A stretch of DNA of 64,000 nucleotides from Patescibacteria group bacterium (lineage in GTDB: Bacteria; Patescibacteriota; Minisyncoccia; Phycocordibacterales; CSBR16-119): NCBI GenBank assembly GCA_030917865.1, contig JAUPTX010000001.1, positions 365-64,364 of the forward strand, in the 5' to 3' direction. The translations under genes and the position numbers were made by a program. The notes below the pieces were generated by a model. The model saw nothing but the letters and a program-made list of their open reading frames with translations. It was not told where the DNA came from and made no database searches. The stretch's first letter is position 1. The number at the start of each line of letters is the position of its first letter. Shown piece by piece: positions 53,650-62,396 of the stretch.

Positions 53650-55434
53650 ATGCAAATCAGAAACATCGCAATAATCGCACACGTGGACCACGGTAAGACA
53701 ACTCTTACTGATGCTATTTTACGTCAAAACGAAATGGCAGATGAGTCAGTTTCAATGGACTCAAACGACTTGGAGAAAGAAAGAGGTATTACCATCTACG
53801 CAAAAAACACTTCTATATATTACAAGGGAACAAAGATAAACATCGTTGACACTCCCGGTCACGCCGACTTCGGTTCTGAAGTGGAGCGAGTTTTGAAGGC
53901 GGTTGACTCCGTTCTTTTGGTTGTGGATGCAGCTGAGGGTCCAATGCCACAAACAAAATTCGTTTTGAAAAAATCTCTTGAGCTTGGACTTAAACCTATT
54001 CTTGTTTTAAACAAAATTGATAAACCAGCAGCAGATGTCAAAATGGCAGAAGATGCTGTTTATGAACTTTTCTTTGAACTTGGTGCGACAGAAGAGCAGC
54101 TTGATTTTAGAACTGTTTACGCTATTGGAAGAAATGGTACTGCAAAACTAAAAATGGAAGACGAAATGAAAGACCTGACTCCACTACTTGATTTGATTGT
54201 AAGTATTGTTCCAGAAGCTTCTGGTGATGAAAAAACTATCAAACCTCTTAAAGCTCAGGTATTTAACTTGGCATACGATAACTTTTTGGGAAGAATGGGT
54301 GTTTGTAGAATGTACGAAGGTGTTATAAAAGACGGACAAAAAGTTTTCGCAAAAGATACAAATGGAAATATTCACACAGGAAAGATAACAAAGCTTTTCA
54401 CTTTTGAAGGTGTTGTAAGAAAGCCTGTAGAAGAAGCGAAAGCCGGAGATATTATTATGATATCTGGTCTTCCTGAAATTTTTATCGGACAAACTATTGT
54501 AGATATTGAAACAACAGACCCGATGCCTGAAATAAAAGTAGATGAGCCAACAGTTTCTTTTAATATGATGGTTAACGATTCTCCTTTTGCTGGACGAGTT
54601 GGAAAACTTCTAACAGGTAGACAAATAAGAGAAAGACTTGAAAAAGAGCTTGAGGTAAACGTAGGTCTTCGTGTTGATTTTTCTGATCAAGGTAAATTTA
54701 AAGTTTACGGAAGAGGCGAACTTCACTTAGCAATCTTGATTGAAAATATGCGAAGAGAAGGTTTCGAACTCGCAGTTTCTCAACCAGAAGTTATCATTAA
54801 AGATATTGACGGTGTAAAAAGCGAGCCTTTCGAAGAAGCAACTATCGTTGTACCTGAAGAATTCTCTGGATCTGTGATTGAAAAGATGGGCAAGAGAAAG
54901 GGAATTATGCAAAATATGGAAAACGACGGAAAGAACGTGAAAATGATTTTCCTTGTTCCTACTCGAGGATTGCTTGGTTATAGAAATGAGTTCGTTGTTG
55001 ATACTAAAGGTGAAGGAATCTTAACAACTATTTTCCATGGATTTATGCCTTACGCTGGAGTTGTGACAAAAACAGAATTCGGATCAATGGTGTCTATGGA
55101 AAATGGAAAAGCTTTGGCTTTCGCTCTAGACAACCTGCAAGACCGAGGTGTTCTGTATATTCCAGTTAACACAGAAGTGTATGAAGGTATGGTTATTGGC
55201 TACACTGTAAAAGGCGAAGATATGGTTGTAAACCCAACAAAAGGAAAGCAGCTTACAAACATGCGAGCTTCTGGATCTGACGAAGCTGTAAAAGTTGTTC
55301 CGCCTTTGATTCTAACTTTGGAACTTGCGATGAGTGTTATAAGAAGCGACGAGCTTCTAGAGGTTACACCAGACGCTATTAGACTTAGAAAGATTTTCTT
55401 GAAGGAAGGGGAGAGAAAGAGAAATGGGAAATAA
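53650..55434 (+). CDS. typA: Translational GTPase TypA/BipA
   Basis: [27 protein letters not shown]. 594 aa. Confidence 0.94.
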   Translation: MQIRNIAIIAHVDHGKTTLTDAILRQNEMADESVSMDSNDLEKERGITIYAKNTSIYYKGTKINIVDTPGHADFGSEVERVLKAVDSVLLVVDAAEGPMPQTKFVLKKSLELGLKPILVLNKIDKPAADVKMAEDAVYELFFELGATEEQLDFRTVYAIGRNGTAKLKMEDEMKDLTPLLDLIVSIVPEASGDEKTIKPLKAQVFNLAYDNFLGRMGVCRMYEGVIKDGQKVFAKDTNGNIHTGKITKLFTFEGVVRKPVEEAKAGDIIMISGLPEIFIGQTIVDIETTDPMPEIKVDEPTVSFNMMVNDSPFAGRVGKLLTGRQIRERLEKELEVNVGLRVDFSDQGKFKVYGRGELHLAILIENMRREGFELAVSQPEVIIKDIDGVKSEPFEEATIVVPEEFSGSVIEKMGKRKGIMQNMENDGKNVKMIFLVPTRGLLGYRNEFVVDTKGEGILTTIFHGFMPYAGVVTKTEFGSMVSMENGKALAFALDNLQDRGVLYIPVNTEVYEGMVIGYTVKGEDMVVNPTKGKQLTNMRASGSDEAVKVVPPLILTLELAMSVIRSDELLEVTPDAIRLRKIFLKEGERKRNGK

Positions 55435-55435
55435 T

Positions 55436-55478
55436 TAAATCAAAAGAGCGGCGCCCGTAGGGCGCCGCTCTTTTGATT
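55436..55478. terminator. Bidirectional terminator (20-bp stem)
   Basis: AAATCAAAAGAGCGGCGCCC-GTA-GGGCGCCGCTCTTTTGATTT. Confidence 0.9.
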
Positions 55479-56203
55479 TACAAAACCTCTTTCAAAAAAT
55501 CCGCTAATTCTTTTCCTTTCAGCTCTCTTAGCTGTCCTGGCTTTAGTTTTGCTAAAACTATATTCATGACCCTTATTCGAGTTAGTTTTTTAACTTCGTA
55601 ATTAAACGCAGCGCACATTCTTCTGATTTGTCTGTTTTTGCCTTCGGTTATTATTATCTCAAATTTTCTCGATTCGACTTTTCTGACTTTTGCTTTCTTT
55701 GTCATCTCGCCTCTACCAAGCCTTACTCCGTCCCGAAGTCTTACCATAAAAAGATGGTCAACTGGTTTGTTTACTTCTACCAAATATTCTTTTTCGTGTT
55801 CGTATTCTGGATCTAGAAGTTTTTTAGTTATCCTGCCGTCGTTGGTCATTATTATCAGCCCAGAAGAGTCTTTATCTAATCTCCCAACAGGGAAAACAGG
55901 AATAGGGAATTTAGTGACATCTTTGATTTCTTTTTCTCCCGGCTGTTTGCCGACTGTTGTAACGCCTATTGGTTTGTTATATGCATAGTAAACAAGTCTG
56001 TCAGACTCTTTTGGTTTTTCTGCTTCTACTTTGTCTCCTTCATTCACAAAATCTCCCAGAGTTGCCTTTTTGCCGTTTATGAAAACAAGACCTTTTTTAA
56101 TAAGTTCGTCAGCACTTCTTCTAGTGACTATTCCTTTATCTGCTAGATATTTGTTAAGTCTTACAGATGAACCTTCCGTCTTTTTCTTTTTATTTGGTGT
56201 CAT
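55478..56203 (-). CDS. rRNA pseudouridine synthase, RsuA/RluB/RluF family
   Basis: S4 domain (VRLNKYLADKGIVTRRSADELI) and catalytic motif VGRLDKDSSGLIIMTNDG. Confidence 0.87.
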   Translation of the reverse strand: MTPNKKKKTEGSSVRLNKYLADKGIVTRRSADELIKKGLVFINGKKATLGDFVNEGDKVEAEKPKESDRLVYYAYNKPIGVTTVGKQPGEKEIKDVTKFPIPVFPVGRLDKDSSGLIIMTNDGRITKKLLDPEYEHEKEYLVEVNKPVDHLFMVRLRDGVRLGRGEMTKKAKVRKVESRKFEIIITEGKNRQIRRMCAAFNYEVKKLTRIRVMNIVLAKLKPGQLRELKGKELADFLKEVL

Positions 56204-57356
56204 TTAATTTGTAGTTAGGTATTAGAGCGAAAAGCACTAAGACTCCTAAGATAATAAACAATTCCTGGATGTTTGCAAGCGTTAGTATTATTGTCGCAAG
56301 TGCTGGGCCTAAAAGCATGGCAATAGGCGATGCGTTTCTAAAGACAGAAATTTTGTCTGTATCGCCACTATCTATCTTTTTAAAGAAGTAGCTTTCTGTT
56401 GTAACTTGGAGCATACTTGCACCAACTCTTGTTAGAGAAAGAGCCGAAGCCCAAATCCAAAATTCATTACCTTCTATAAATCCTATTGCTATGGTGCACA
56501 CACTTAAAATAATTATTCCTGCTGCCATTATTTCTTTTTCTCCTAAAATCTGATCAGCGATTTTACCCCAAGGTATTTCTAGTGTTACATATGGTATGTG
56601 CATTATCGCAAAAATAGCACCAATTTCTTGCCAAGAAAAACCGATTATATCGTGGAGATAAATTGGCATGTAAATAGTCATCCATGCAAAGAAAAAGTTA
56701 AGCGTAAAAGCTACAAGATATACGTTTCTTAAATCTTTTATCTTTATTAGCTCAAAAAAGTTTTTTATAAAATTGCTTCCATTTTTCTTTGGATATAATT
56801 CTAGATCTTTGAATTTATGGATAAAATAATAAGCCATTATTGCAACGAATAAACCAGAAAGAAGATAGACACCATTAAACCCTGTTTTGTTTGCCATTAT
56901 TCCAGCCAAAAAAGGAGCTATTAAAAAAGCTAGGTTGTATATTGTCAGGTTAAAACCTCTTGTATTTCCAATAGTTTCTTTATCTGAGAAATGCTGCACT
57001 AGAACGTCTACTGTCAGATAAAGTGCAACGGCCGAAACGTAATATCCAAAAAATATTGGGCCAAGTAAAAATGGGTTTTTAACTGAAACTAAAAGTGCAA
57101 CACATAGTACATAAAAAGCACTAGTTGCTTTTATTGCTTTAACCATCCCAAATTTCTCTAATATGCCTGGAAGTTTGGCTAGATAAATCAGTGTTCCAAA
57201 AGACGCCATGGTAAACAAAATACCAACCATTTCTTTTTTTAGAAATGTTTCTACAAAACTAGAGTCTATGTATGAAGTCAGGGCAAGACTTATCGTAAGT
57301 ATGAAATTTACCGCAAACACCGATCGGAGTTTGTTTAAATTTTCTTTATTTAACAT
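56190..57356 (-). CDS. MFS-type transporter
   Basis: About 12 TM segments in two halves. Confidence 0.6.
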   Translation of the reverse strand: MLNKENLNKLRSVFAVNFILTISLALTSYIDSSFVETFLKKEMVGILFTMASFGTLIYLAKLPGILEKFGMVKAIKATSAFYVLCVALLVSVKNPFLLGPIFFGYYVSAVALYLTVDVLVQHFSDKETIGNTRGFNLTIYNLAFLIAPFLAGIMANKTGFNGVYLLSGLFVAIMAYYFIHKFKDLELYPKKNGSNFIKNFFELIKIKDLRNVYLVAFTLNFFFAWMTIYMPIYLHDIIGFSWQEIGAIFAIMHIPYVTLEIPWGKIADQILGEKEIMAAGIIILSVCTIAIGFIEGNEFWIWASALSLTRVGASMLQVTTESYFFKKIDSGDTDKISVFRNASPIAMLLGPALATIILTLANIQELFIILGVLVLFALIPNYKLNDTK

Positions 57357-57373
57357 GTCTTAATTTTAGCAAA

Positions 57374-59260
57374 TTAAGAACTTAGTACTACGGGGATAAC
57401 CACAGGTCTTTTACCAGTTGCTTGGAAAAGGAATTTAGTCACTTTTCTAGTAAGATTATCTTTTACGTATTCGAAATCAACAGGATCCATCCCGGCGATA
57501 GTTTCTTCTGTTGTTTTCTTTATTAAATTACGAGCTTTCTTTAGAAGTTCTTGGTTTTCTTTTAGATATACAAATCCTCGAGAAATAAGATCAGGAGATT
57601 TTCGTATTTGTTTTGTTTTCATGTTTATCATCACAACCATAACGAAAATACCGTCTTGTGCGAGAGCCTTTCGATCTCTAATAACTAAGTGTTGTGTATC
57701 AGAAACAGAAAGTCCATCAACAATAATTGCGTCACCAGGAACTTTCAGAGGGGTTTTAACTATTGAGCCACCTTCGTTTCTTATTTCAATAATACTTCCG
57801 TTGTCTGGAACTACGATATTTCCTTTTGGACATCCAAGGTTTTCTGCTAATTCTGCGTGCATCTTAAGTCTGTAGTGGTGTCCGTGAACAGGCATGAAAA
57901 ACTTATATTTTATTTGTTTATGTAGCCATTCAAGCTCTCCACGTTTTCCGTGACCAGAGGCGTGAACAACGTTATCCATATAAGTGATAACTTTTGCATC
58001 GCCTCGGTATAGATTATCTTTTAGGTTGTCTACGGCAGATTCATTTCCAGGAATAACAGATGAAGAAAGAACTATAGTGTCTGTTGGTGAAAGTTTAATC
58101 TGCTTATGTGTGCCGTTTGACATACGCATAAGAGATGCGAATTCTTCACCTTGAGCTCCTGTTGCAATCACAACTATTTTGTGTGGTGGGTGATCATCTA
58201 TTTCTTCTAGGCTTATGACATGTTTAAAGTCAGTAAGTTTAAGTTGTTGGGCGATACCTACGTTTGTTTTCATTGAACGCCCGTCAACAGCCACGTACTT
58301 ACCATAACGTGTTGCAGAGTTTATAAATTCAAGAATTCTTTCCACTTGAGAAGCGAAAGTTCCTATAACCAGTCTTCCTGGTGCATCTTTTATGATCTTG
58401 TCTATGTTTTCAACCACTTCTGATTCGGAAGCTGACCATCCTGGATAAGGTATACCAGTAGAGTCCATCGTCATAAGAAGAACGTTTCTATCTTTGAACA
58501 TTTTGTATTGTTCAAATTCTTTTGGAAGAGGAACACCGTCTTTGTTGTCTACTCTAACGTCTCCAGTAGAAACAATATCTCCAAACGGAGTTTCGATTAT
58601 TACACCTGTTGAATCTGGTATTGAGTGGGTTAGACCGAAGAATCTAACTTTGAAGTCTTCTGAAACAGGTAGTGCGCCATCGTTTGCTTCTGCTATTTTT
58701 ATATTAAGTTTAAGTCCTGGAAAATCTTCTGCTTTGGCTTTTATCAAAAGTCCTCCGAATTCTCGAGTAAAGATTGGCGGATTTCCGATTCTTTCTATTA
58801 GATAGGGAATACCTCCGATGTGGTCTAGGTGGCCGTGGGTTATAACCATCGCTTTTATTTTGTGTTTGTTTGCTTCTAGGTATTTTGTGTTAGGTATCAT
58901 GTAGTCGATACCTGGGTTGTCTTCGTCGGCAAAACCAATACCAGCATCGATAACGATTATCTGGTCGTTTAACTCTACCATCGTCATGTTTCTACCGATT
59001 TCTTCAACGCCTCCGAGTGGAATAATTCGGATAACATTTTTTTCTGCTGGTGGTATAACAAGAGACTCTTTTCTAAAAGATTTTCTTTCGCCTCTATTTT
59101 CTACTGATCTTTCTTTTGAGCCTTCTCCGCTTTTATTTTTATTCCCCCAGCTTCTTCTTTGTCCGCCTTGACCTTGTGGTCTTTGGCCTGGTCCTCGACT
59201 AAAAGATCTATTGCTTGAAGATCTTTGTCCGTGAGGTCTTCCGTTTGTTTTTTGATTCAT
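57374..59260 (-). CDS. rnj: Ribonuclease J with an Arg/Gly/Ser-rich N-terminal extension
   Basis: IIPLGGVEEIGRNM, VITHGHLDHIGGIPYL, and beta-CASP and C-terminal domains. Confidence 0.88.
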   Translation of the reverse strand: MNQKTNGRPHGQRSSSNRSFSRGPGQRPQGQGGQRRSWGNKNKSGEGSKERSVENRGERKSFRKESLVIPPAEKNVIRIIPLGGVEEIGRNMTMVELNDQIIVIDAGIGFADEDNPGIDYMIPNTKYLEANKHKIKAMVITHGHLDHIGGIPYLIERIGNPPIFTREFGGLLIKAKAEDFPGLKLNIKIAEANDGALPVSEDFKVRFFGLTHSIPDSTGVIIETPFGDIVSTGDVRVDNKDGVPLPKEFEQYKMFKDRNVLLMTMDSTGIPYPGWSASESEVVENIDKIIKDAPGRLVIGTFASQVERILEFINSATRYGKYVAVDGRSMKTNVGIAQQLKLTDFKHVISLEEIDDHPPHKIVVIATGAQGEEFASLMRMSNGTHKQIKLSPTDTIVLSSSVIPGNESAVDNLKDNLYRGDAKVITYMDNVVHASGHGKRGELEWLHKQIKYKFFMPVHGHHYRLKMHAELAENLGCPKGNIVVPDNGSIIEIRNEGGSIVKTPLKVPGDAIIVDGLSVSDTQHLVIRDRKALAQDGIFVMVVMINMKTKQIRKSPDLISRGFVYLKENQELLKKARNLIKKTTEETIAGMDPVDFEYVKDNLTRKVTKFLFQATGKRPVVIPVVLSS

Positions 59261-59282
59261 GTTTATGCTTTTAATTTTAAAT

Positions 59283-60998
59283 TTAATTATTTAGAAAATT
59301 CCAAACCTTTTCTGTTCTTGTGTACCATTTGTTTACATTGTTTAGTCTGTCATTTGGTAATACAACCTCTTGTAAGTTTATATTTTTAATTTTTTCATTA
59401 ACGGCATATATAAAGTTTGGAGAATATATAAATACCGCAGGCATATCTTTAATTATTTCAGAATCTATTTCAGACAAGATCTTTTGTTTTTCTTCAGTTT
59501 CTTTTGTGACTATTAGTTTTTGAAGTAGTCCGTCAACCTTGCTGTTTGTGTAACTTGAGATATTAAGGCCAGGATCGTTTCTCTGACTTGAGTGCCAAAA
59601 TGCGAATAAATCAGAATCATTTGTTATTATTTGTCCAAAAAATAGTGATTCGTATTCTCTTGGTCTTATTATACTTTGGTTTAGGTTTGCAATCTCGAAC
59701 ACTTTTATTTCAACAGATATTCCAAGATTTTTAAGATTTTCTTTTATTATGTTTGATGCTGTTTGTAATTCCGATGCATCTCCGGTTGATATTGAAAACG
59801 ATAGAGTTTTACCATCTTTTACTCTGTAACCACTCTCAGATATCGCCCAACCTTCTTTTGACAGAAGAGAGTTGGCTTCTTCTATTTTTAGATTATATTC
59901 TTTTTCTTGGGAAACTTCTTTAGAGAGTATTGTTGTTGGTATTGGGCCAGAGATTTTTTCTCCATATCCATTTAAAACTTCTTGTATTATTTGATCTTTA
60001 TTAATTCCAAGCTCAATGGCTTTGACTATTTGTTTATTTCTAAAAATCTCTTGCTTGTTTGCGTTAAAAAATAATCCAAAGACCCTAGATAGTTTTATGC
60101 TTCTTACTTCCGCTCCGTCTTCTTTTAGTATTTGCGCATCGTAACCACTAATAGAATTTATATTATCAACCTTGTTTTTTCTAAAGGCTTTAATTAGATC
60201 TTCTTTATTTCTATAAAATTTAAATTTTATGGTATCTATATATGCTTCACCTTCAGTGTATTTATTAAAAGATTTTAGGGTAATGCTTTCTATTAAACCA
60301 TTTTTCTTTTTATCAATATTTTTTATTTGATATGGTCCGGAACCTACTGCTTCTATGTTTAAATCAGAAAATATAAAATCACCAGACTCTATTTCTTGCC
60401 ATATGTGAGAAGGGAGAATTCCTATTGTTGTGCTTTCTAAAAAAGACGCGTATTGACTACCTAGTCTAAACTCAACTGTTCTTTCGTCTATTTTGGTTAC
60501 GGATATATTTGACCAGTTTTGTTGCTCTGGGCTTTTCAGTGTTCCGTCTTTTATTTTATTAATTGTAAATACAACATCGTCAGCTCTAACAGGGGTTCCG
60601 TCGTGAAATTTTGCAGATTCTTTGATTGTAAAAGTATATATGTTTCCATTTTCTGAAACTGTATAGCTTTGAGCTAGATTTTCTACTATGTTTTGGTTTT
60701 CATCTTTTTTCATTAATCCAGAAAATATTAAAGAAACCAAATCTTCATCAGTTGGTGTTCCTGCTAGAACAGGATTTATGAATCTGGGTGAACCAATAAC
60801 ACCTTCTGTGACAGAGCCTCCTTTAAGAGGTCTTTCTATTAGGAATTTTTGGTTAATTTTATTTAAGATTAAAAAACCGCTAACTATAAAAGCCCCAAGG
60901 GTTATTAAAAAAATAACCATTTTTTTAGAGCTAAAGGTATATATAGCCTTTCTTATCTCTTCTTTGTTAGGGAAAAAGCCCCTATTTTGTTCGTGCAT
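59283..60998 (-). CDS. ABC-transporter substrate-binding protein, family 5 (peptide/nickel type), membrane-anchored
   Basis: N-terminal TM helix. YTFTIKESAKFHDGTPVRADDVVFT is typical of SBP_bac_5. Confidence 0.75.
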   Translation of the reverse strand: MHEQNRGFFPNKEEIRKAIYTFSSKKMVIFLITLGAFIVSGFLILNKINQKFLIERPLKGGSVTEGVIGSPRFINPVLAGTPTDEDLVSLIFSGLMKKDENQNIVENLAQSYTVSENGNIYTFTIKESAKFHDGTPVRADDVVFTINKIKDGTLKSPEQQNWSNISVTKIDERTVEFRLGSQYASFLESTTIGILPSHIWQEIESGDFIFSDLNIEAVGSGPYQIKNIDKKKNGLIESITLKSFNKYTEGEAYIDTIKFKFYRNKEDLIKAFRKNKVDNINSISGYDAQILKEDGAEVRSIKLSRVFGLFFNANKQEIFRNKQIVKAIELGINKDQIIQEVLNGYGEKISGPIPTTILSKEVSQEKEYNLKIEEANSLLSKEGWAISESGYRVKDGKTLSFSISTGDASELQTASNIIKENLKNLGISVEIKVFEIANLNQSIIRPREYESLFFGQIITNDSDLFAFWHSSQRNDPGLNISSYTNSKVDGLLQKLIVTKETEEKQKILSEIDSEIIKDMPAVFIYSPNFIYAVNEKIKNINLQEVVLPNDRLNNVNKWYTRTEKVWNFLNN

Positions 60999-61032
60999 AT
61001 AAATAGATTTATAAAAGGGTAAATGAGACGGA

Positions 61033-61254
61033 TTACATTACCGCTAGGATAGAAGATGTCGCAAGTAGAATTGCAAGCACAATAGTTAGTCTAAATAGGA
61101 ATTTTTCGAAACCTCTTCTTGTGTGATACGTTGCACCAGAATCGTTTCCACTACCAAATGCGCCTCCTAATGAGGATTCAGATTTTTGTAGTAGAATACT
61201 TATTACTAATACAATAGATAGTATAATTTGTATCCAAGGTAATATACCGTTCAT
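61033..61254 (-). CDS. secG: Preprotein translocase subunit SecG
   Basis: 73 aa, two TM helices, LLQKSESSLGGAFGSG motif. Confidence 0.82.
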   Translation of the reverse strand: MNGILPWIQIILSIVLVISILLQKSESSLGGAFGSGNDSGATYHTRRGFEKFLFRLTIVLAILLATSSILAVM

Positions 61255-61367
61255 GTCCTATATAATACTAGAAAATAAAAAATATGCAAGAAGTTCAAAA
61301 AAGTGGTTTTTTATTGAAATTTATGGTGTTATAATATTTACGATATTAATTTTAAAAGATTTTGTTT

Positions 61368-61931
61368 ATGTTTTTCGAAACCTTAAAAGCCAATCTGTTA
61401 GTTATAATATTTTTTATAATAATTTTTGCCCTAGGGTACTGGGGTGTTAATTCTCTGCAGGTGGAGCCAGAAGAGTTTGACTATGTTTCTAGTGACGTAC
61501 GACCTATTGTCGTAAACGAACCGACAGGCTTTGATCCTTCTAAAGGGGTGACAGATAGAAATATTACTACCAATCCATCAGTGTCGACATCTACTGGTTC
61601 ACAAACAACAAACTCTCCAACACCAACCACTCCTACCGCTCCCGCCACCGATTCATCAACCAATTCAGAATATTCTAAATTAGTAGCCGCTCTTGAAAAA
61701 TTAATTTCTGATAATGTTTTTATGAAGAAGGGCAGTAGAGGAACAAGGGTTGGAACAGTGCAAGAATTTTTAAATATTTATAATGGAACAGATTCAAAGA
61801 TCGATAATGACTATGGTGCAACAACTGAAAGTCAGATAAGAAATTTCCAAAGAAGCGAAGGCCTAACTGCAGATGGACAAGCTGGACCAAGCACTTATAG
61901 AAAAATGATTGAGTGGTTAAACAAGCAATAA
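61368..61931 (+). CDS. Membrane-anchored peptidoglycan-binding-domain protein
   Basis: N-terminal TM helix, Thr/Pro/Ser-rich linker, and C-terminal PG_binding_1-like GTRVGTVQEFL...DYGATTESQIRNFQRSEGLTADGQAGPSTY. Confidence 0.65.
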   Translation: MFFETLKANLLVIIFFIIIFALGYWGVNSLQVEPEEFDYVSSDVRPIVVNEPTGFDPSKGVTDRNITTNPSVSTSTGSQTTNSPTPTTPTAPATDSSTNSEYSKLVAALEKLISDNVFMKKGSRGTRVGTVQEFLNIYNGTDSKIDNDYGATTESQIRNFQRSEGLTADGQAGPSTYRKMIEWLNKQ

Positions 61932-61937
61932 AAAAAT

Positions 61938-61969
61938 AAAAAACATTTTACTTTCGTAAAATGTTTTTT
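61938..61969 (+). terminator. AT-rich terminator hairpin
   Basis: AAAAAACATTTTAC-TTTC-GTAAAATGTTTTTT. Confidence 0.7.
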
Positions 61970-62173
61970 ATTTTTTGTTAAAATTATTTTGTAAAAAATT
62001 TTTTTATTTTATTTTTAAAAAAGTTTTCCACAAAAAATTTTATTTTTTATTGTATTAATATTTTTTATACGCGATAATTATAAATGTAGTTGTAATATTT
62101 TTCATAAATTATTTTTTAATTTATGTGATGTCGAAAATTTTACAAATTATTATTTAATTTTTAAATAACTATC

Positions 62174-62296
62174 ATGGCTGTAAAAAAGAAAGCTGCTAAG
62201 AAAAAAGTAGCTAAGAAAAAAGTAGCAAAAAAAGTTGCTAAAAAGAAAGTAGCAAAGAAGACAGCGAAGAAGAAAACTTCTCGCCGCCGAAGATAA
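62174..62296 (+). CDS. 40-aa polybasic protein (histone H1/Hc-like composition)
   Basis: ATG..TAA reads MAVKKKAAKKKVAKKKVAKKVAKKKVAKKTAKKKTSRRRR. It has its own terminator and is below the ORF-track cutoff. Confidence 0.5.
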   Translation: MAVKKKAAKKKVAKKKVAKKVAKKKVAKKTAKKKTSRRRR

Positions 62297-62325
62297 TATT
62301 CTCAGTTGTCTGCCTTGTAGACAAG

Positions 62326-62350
62326 AACCCCGTCAGGGGTTTTTGTTTTT
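62326..62350 (+). terminator. Rho-independent terminator
   Basis: AACCCC-GTCA-GGGGTT followed by TTTGTTTTTT. Confidence 0.85.
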
Positions 62351-62396
62351 TAGTCTTCTTTTATATAACCCTTAAAAATGGTAAGATATCTTCACT

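Noticed and set aside
61976-62170. Replication origin (AT-rich region with a DnaA-box-like TTTTCCACA). There is also ATATCCACA-like sequence near 9432.
   Set aside because: There is only a single box-like match at each place. No dnaA or dnaN gene is nearby and there is no cluster of boxes. A promoter/UP-element region is the better explanation.
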